A stretch of 64,000 bases of DNA, from positions 176,824,001 to 176,888,000 of the forward strand of contig OZ038378.1 of the NCBI GenBank assembly GCA_964036045.1, given 5' to 3'. Made by a program: the position numbers and the translations under genes. The notes beneath the pieces are model-generated. The model worked only from the letters and a program-made list of their open reading frames with translations, searched no databases and was not told the origin of the DNA. Within the stretch, counting starts at the first letter, position 1; each line of letters begins with the position of its first letter. The DNA is from Eutreptiella sp. 'Long Island Sound 2002'. Taxonomy: Eukaryota; Protista; Euglenida. Of this stretch, positions 61,466 to 64,000 are shown one piece after another.

Positions 61466-64000
61466 GTGTTCTCTTGCTTTCTTACAGGTGGGTCAATAGG
61501 ACCCGTGACTCCTTCAACAGCAACACCAAGTAACGTGTGTAGGTGTTAGGGTCAGCAGGCCTGGCAGGAGTTGAGTGCAGGTGATGAGTGCTCACCCTGC
61601 CTTCGAAGGCCGGTGCTGGCGTTAGTGAGTGTAGTGTAGTGGTGTCTCCTGTCCCGCGTGCTTTTCCACGTGGGCAGGGGAGTGCGTTAGCTTTTGGCCT
61701 TTAGCAAAAATGGGCGTTTTGTATGCCCTTAGCACACTTGGCCACCCCTCCCCTCTAGTAGGTAGGGCTTTTGCCGTCTTCCCCCAAGGATAGGCGCCAG
61801 CACAGAAATTGGGCGCCATAGGAGTGGTATTAGTAACTGACTAGGACCTTCGGTCCGACATCAGCGAAGCCCGTTGATTCGCGAGCCACGCCCGGGAGTG
61901 AAGTGAGACACACACAGACATACGTAGCACACTTAGGGGTAAGGTAAACCCTGTAAGGAAGGGTAGAACCCCATGCATCTGGACCAGTCAGAGGTCCTAA
62001 CTGTGGGCTCGCTTGTCCCCAAGGAGGGAAGGCACACCTTGCCTCATAACACCTTGCTTGTCATTCCCCCCTGGTGTAGTAAGCCACCGTTCTTCGTTGG
62101 CTCCCCAAGGTCATTACATCACGGCAGTCCCCATGCAACACATGGTCAACAAGGCATACACTCGCTGGGTGGCTGCAAACCTGATAAGCGGCCACCTGGT
62201 CCACGCTGGAAACCATAGGCATGGGACTGCAGGGCACAGATAGGGTCAGTGCAGTGCTCAGTAAGCAGTGGTCTGTGAAAAACCAATGGCCTTCGGCCAG
62301 GGAGTGGTTGTCACGGGGGGCTAACGGTCCTGTCCTGCGATGCAATGCGGGGCAACTGTGACAACTGCTCTTACACCCATACACAGGCACGTCTGCACAA
62401 GAGTGCTCACTGCACCTGTGAGGTTAGAACACAGTCAGTAGACTGACACAGGGAAATTAGTTTTTCTTTTTACGCTGGTACATAGTCTCAGCACGGGTTA
62501 GTAGCTGCCCCTCGTTGTTCTCAACGAGGTAGGAGCGGAAGATGGGGTTGATACTCCCATCTGGTTGTATGAAGGCTGACATAGGTTCCCAGGTCGCCTC
62601 AGATAACCCATAGCCATCCCACAGGGTTAGGAATTTTCAGCCCTGTTTATACTCGTGGCGAGCAATACCTGCAACCACGTAGTAACCATCGACTGCCATC
62701 TCATCGGCAGTCATCTCTTCGAGTTCGTCTGCCTTCTCTGGACTGGCAGCATTCTCTAGGTCTATACGCTCGACCTCACTGTCGCTGAGGCGCCACTCAT
62801 CCTAGGACAAATCGTCAGGGGAGTGATAGTGCCTCAACTGTTTAGGTGCACATAGCAGTTCACTACCTAGACGTGGACTGCACCTGACATGGATCCTGGA
62901 TCCATCTATCCTGATGATACGATAGGGTCCAAAATAAGGGTCCTGTAGGCAGTTACGTGGCCAGGAGGGTAGGCGTGAATGGTGAACCAAAACAAGGTCA
63001 CCAACCTTGAAGCTGGCAGGTCGCCGTAGGCGGTTCCGTCGGCTCAGTTCACGGTCACGAATGTGTCTCAGGTTAGTCGCAGCCTAGTTAGCTAGAGACT
63101 GCTTGTGTTCCAGCCAATCTCCCACAGGGCTCTTGAAGTCCTCAGGAAAGGGGGTTTTGAAGAACCAAGCAGGTCGTCCTCCATGGAACAGTTCGTGGGG
63201 GGTGAAACCCGTAGAGGAGCTCCGCTCTGAGTTCATGGTCAGCACTGCCCAGGGCACTAGGCGTACCCAGTCCTTGGTACGCTCCTGTTTCATCAGGATT
63301 CTTAAGTTTTGCTCCACCACACGGTTCTGTCTCTCACAGAGAGGGTTAGACGTGTGGGTATAGGGCACACCTGTGGTTACCTCCACGTTGAGGGCATTTA
63401 GCACTCGTTTGTACCACCCAGTGTCACTGCGGATGCGTACATCTTCATCAGAGTGCACCTGCTTAGGTGCTCCATAGGGTTCGAACCATTGTTCGACCAA
63501 CATTTTCACAGTCTGCTCAATTGTGATTTTCTTATTGCAAGGGAACACACGGGTGAAGCGAGATAGGCCACAGGTGACCACTAGGCAACTATCATAGCCG
63601 CCGAAGCGTGGTAGGCCGTGGATGAAATCCACATAGAGAAGGGAGTTAGCACAATAGGGTATGGGTAAGCTGGAAATCAGGCCCCTATCCCTACTGTCGC
63701 TCTGCTTGCTGGCATGACAGCCACAAGCATCCACAATGGTCTGCATACGAGACCTCAGTTCAGTCAGGGTTAGACTAGAGTAGAAACACTCACGGAAGAA
63801 GTCCACTGAGCGATTAGCGCCAGTGTGACCAGAACTGAGATGGGACCACTGTAGGCACCCATCCAGCCGTGCCTCAGGCACAACAATTCGGTCCTCGTAG
63901 AAGAGGTACTGATTGTTTTTATACCACCGGTGCCCGTCAATGACACGGGGTTCGAGACCAGCGCTAAGGGTTTGGAGAATTTCTTTATACTCTGACTGAT
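61466..64000 (-). mobile_element. Ty3/gypsy chromovirus 3' end: integrase, GPY/F, chromodomain, PPT and probable 3' LTR
   Basis: HHCC (SHLSSGH...CGC), DDE core (YVDF, HSDE, CERQN), YFGPY, chromodomain YYVVAGIARH...FLTLWDGYGLSEATWEP. Pol ends at 62457 with three in-frame stops. PPT AGGGGGGAA at 62072-62064 abuts TGACA at 62063. Far LTR edge uncertain (61466, or 61153). Confidence 0.88.

Overview
Repeat-rich eukaryotic nuclear DNA. The best assignment is a photosynthetic euglenid (Eutreptiella/Euglena-like), based on a two-transmembrane euglenid-type plastid presequence, kb-long GT-AG introns and abundant poly-G/poly-C tracts. Three spliced + strand genes can be rebuilt by hand. (1) The last two exons of an arginine-type (R-S-ExE) mono-ADP-ribosyltransferase (2860-3214, 9004-9401). 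(2) A U-box + protein kinase + UBA-like gene (five firm exons, 18352-31263, 3' end unresolved); its kinase has a tyrosine-kinase-type catalytic loop (HRDIAARN), lacks the beta-3 lysine (VAVL) and has a WNK-like lysine in the Gly loop (GRGCDKTVY). (3) A plastid-targeted, strongly divergent ATP synthase gamma subunit (four exons, 42957-53352) lacking the green-lineage redox cysteines. The right end is a mobile-element cluster: a truncated Penelope-like element with N-terminal GIY-YIG and CxC linker (Chlamys-like), a decayed unknown ORF, a PHD-finger ORF between inverted repeats, a 184-bp satellite and a Ty3/gypsy chromovirus 3' end. Introns and intergenic DNA hold palindromic arrays, a G-rich minisatellite, inverted 48-bp TTAGGG-containing arrays, MITE-like elements and a recent 1.17-kb duplication with a 6-bp target-site repeat. 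Most ORFs in the supplied track are chance ORFs. All family calls come from motif recognition; no searches were run.
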